A stretch of DNA of 64,000 nucleotides from an uncultured Pseudomonadales bacterium (lineage in GTDB: Bacteria > Patescibacteriota > Microgenomatia > UBA1400 > PJMF01): NCBI GenBank assembly GCA_964406075.1, contig CAYOQI010000003.1, positions 140,718-204,717 of the forward strand, written 5' to 3'. Each line of letters begins with the position of its first letter. Within the stretch, counting starts at the first letter, position 1. The notes beneath the pieces were generated by a model. That model had not been told where the DNA came from. It saw only the letters and a program-made list of their open reading frames with translations, and ran no database searches. This document shows, piece by piece, positions 62,669-64,000 of this stretch. The translations under genes were made by a program, and so were the position numbers.

Positions 62669-63823
62669 ATGATTAATACAGTGACTCTTGATGTTTTGGT
62701 CGTCTATTCTTCAGATACAGCAAAGAGTGCTTCGGTTGAAGATGCTCAAAGCAAACATCCATTTTTGCTCACTTCGAAAGCAGCGAATTATAATTTGTCG
62801 TATGCCTATTTTTTACAAAGATGTGAAAAGAAGGGGTTAATGGCAGGTTTTACGACGTCTGCAGACATCATTGGTCCGGGAAAGTGTAAGAGCTTTTGGA
62901 CATTTTCATCAGGAAAATGGAAAAAAATGCATAAGTCGGCTGAATCAACGTATATTTTTGATAAAGTTTCACCGACATCGCCTAAGAAAGCACAAGCAAG
63001 ACAATTGTTATTGTCTAGCAAAAAAGTTCGATCATTTAATAATGTAGAACTTTTGGATTTATTTTCAGACAAACATCTCACATATAAAAAGCTGTCGGCA
63101 TATTCGATCCCAACGACGGTTTTACGTTCACAGAAAGTACTTGATATAGAAAATGCTATTGAAAAGTTACGTACTATCATTCACTCACACCCACATTCAG
63201 CAGATTTTTCGAGTCAAATCATCTTAAAGGATCGGTTTGGAGCAGGTGGCAATCACGTGTATAAAATTGATCACAATTTCGTTCAAGAAATTAACGCAGT
63301 GATGACCAAAAATCCACGTATTCGTTTTATCATACAGCCGTTCTTGGCTTTTGATAAAGGTTTTTTATATAAAAACCGTCGAACATCAACGGACATTCGT
63401 CTCATTGTTCATAACAATACTGTATTACAGTGTTATATTCGAATGGCTAAAAAAACTGACTTCCGATGTAATGAGCACCAAGGTGGACAATTGGAGTATG
63501 TTACCCAGAAAGATATTCCTAACTCAATTCACATTGTTTCTCAGGAAATCATAAAAAAGTTAAACAAACCGGTCTCATTGTTTGCGATTGATTTTGTGAT
63601 CAGTAATAGTGGTAGACCTTATTTTCTCGAAGGCAATATTAACCCTGGTTTAGACTGGGATATTAATAAGAAATTAAATGAAAAAATGTCCAAGGAGTTG
63701 ATCCGAAGTATTGTGGACTCAATCGCTAGTGGAATCCACAAATTTAAACTACCTACTAAATTTCTACCTTTACCACAATATTCACCACTCTTGTTTAGTG
63801 GACATCCCACCTATCTTTCTTAG
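62669..63823 (+). CDS. ATP-grasp enzyme (RimK/glutathione-synthetase-like)
   Basis: ILKDRFGAGGNHVYKI is a Gly-rich ATP loop, and FAIDFVISNSGRPYFLEGNINPG is the Mg/ATP-binding C-terminal motif. Confidence 0.6.
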   Translation: MINTVTLDVLVVYSSDTAKSASVEDAQSKHPFLLTSKAANYNLSYAYFLQRCEKKGLMAGFTTSADIIGPGKCKSFWTFSSGKWKKMHKSAESTYIFDKVSPTSPKKAQARQLLLSSKKVRSFNNVELLDLFSDKHLTYKKLSAYSIPTTVLRSQKVLDIENAIEKLRTIIHSHPHSADFSSQIILKDRFGAGGNHVYKIDHNFVQEINAVMTKNPRIRFIIQPFLAFDKGFLYKNRRTSTDIRLIVHNNTVLQCYIRMAKKTDFRCNEHQGGQLEYVTQKDIPNSIHIVSQEIIKKLNKPVSLFAIDFVISNSGRPYFLEGNINPGLDWDINKKLNEKMSKELIRSIVDSIASGIHKFKLPTKFLPLPQYSPLLFSGHPTYLS

Positions 63824-63910
63824 TGTTTTTATTGGTTTATTTCATTTTGAGTAAATCATGTTCACGCTTCTATTCTCGCCTCTCTCCTCTTTACGGTATA
63901 TCATCATCGT

Positions 63911-64000
63911 ATGTCGAAAGAAAAAAATATTTTTCAGAATCCAGCTGTCAGACTTTTTCTGATTTTATTTTCTATTGGATTTCTCATCTCCAGTTCTTTT
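63911..64000 (+). CDS. Start of a membrane protein ORF running off the window end
   Basis: ATG at 63911 gives MSKEKNIFQNPAVRLFLILFSIGFLISSSF with no stop before the window end. Confidence 0.3.
   Translation, partial: MSKEKNIFQNPAVRLFLILFSIGFLISSSF

Overview
This is a gene-dense, low-GC bacterial window. Hand-counted 60-nt lines in the backbone give about 30-40% GC. The content looks like a reduced-genome Patescibacteria/CPR-type organism, but that taxonomic call is inference only. It rests on many pilins, compact housekeeping operons, giant fused glycosyltransferases and many orphan membrane or secreted proteins.

Layout:
- 1-7.7 kb (+): a type IV pilus block with pilD, a PKD/Cys-rich protein, six pilin-like genes and pilMNO.
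- 7.7-10.2 kb (-): KH protein, rpsP, rnc, an ACP-like gene, nusB, and a bL32 gene that is missing from the ORF track.
- 10.4-26.4 kb (-): a cell-envelope glycan locus. It holds two GT-C membrane transferases, two CelD/FemAB-like acyltransferases, a PIG-L deacetylase, GT4, GT2, a kinase-like gene and a 1620-aa four-domain fusion.
- 26.5-46 kb: recG, tyrS carrying an N-terminal B3/4 domain, phhA, a SIMPL protein, PBP1A, a GIY-YIG gene, pheT-pheS, and infC-rpmI-(inserted ORF)-rplT followed by three tandem small beta-barrel-like ORFs. cdd and rarA follow.
- 46-54 kb: tRNA-Pro, tRNA-Arg and tRNA-His interleaved with orphan proteins and two HAD hydrolases.

The most unusual region is a roughly 6.9-kb island at about 54.25-61.15 kb on the minus strand. 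It is compositionally distinct, with sampled lines at about 55% GC. It encodes a kinase-like protein, a 431-aa orphan, a divergent adenylosuccinate-synthetase (PurA)-fold protein and three more orphans. It also contains two textbook hammerhead ribozyme cores (CUGAUGA-GUCC...GGAC-GAAA) that bracket the last two genes, plus several long perfect hairpins.

Other notable non-coding signals:
- A roughly 45-50-nt structured repeat (GUCAUCCUGAG...hairpin...CGAAGGAUC) sits directly after three stop codons. Two copies flank the GIY-YIG gene in inverted orientation.
- Short direct duplications of the tRNA 3' end lie downstream of tRNA-Pro and tRNA-Arg.

No rRNA, CRISPR array, transposase or integrase was recognised.
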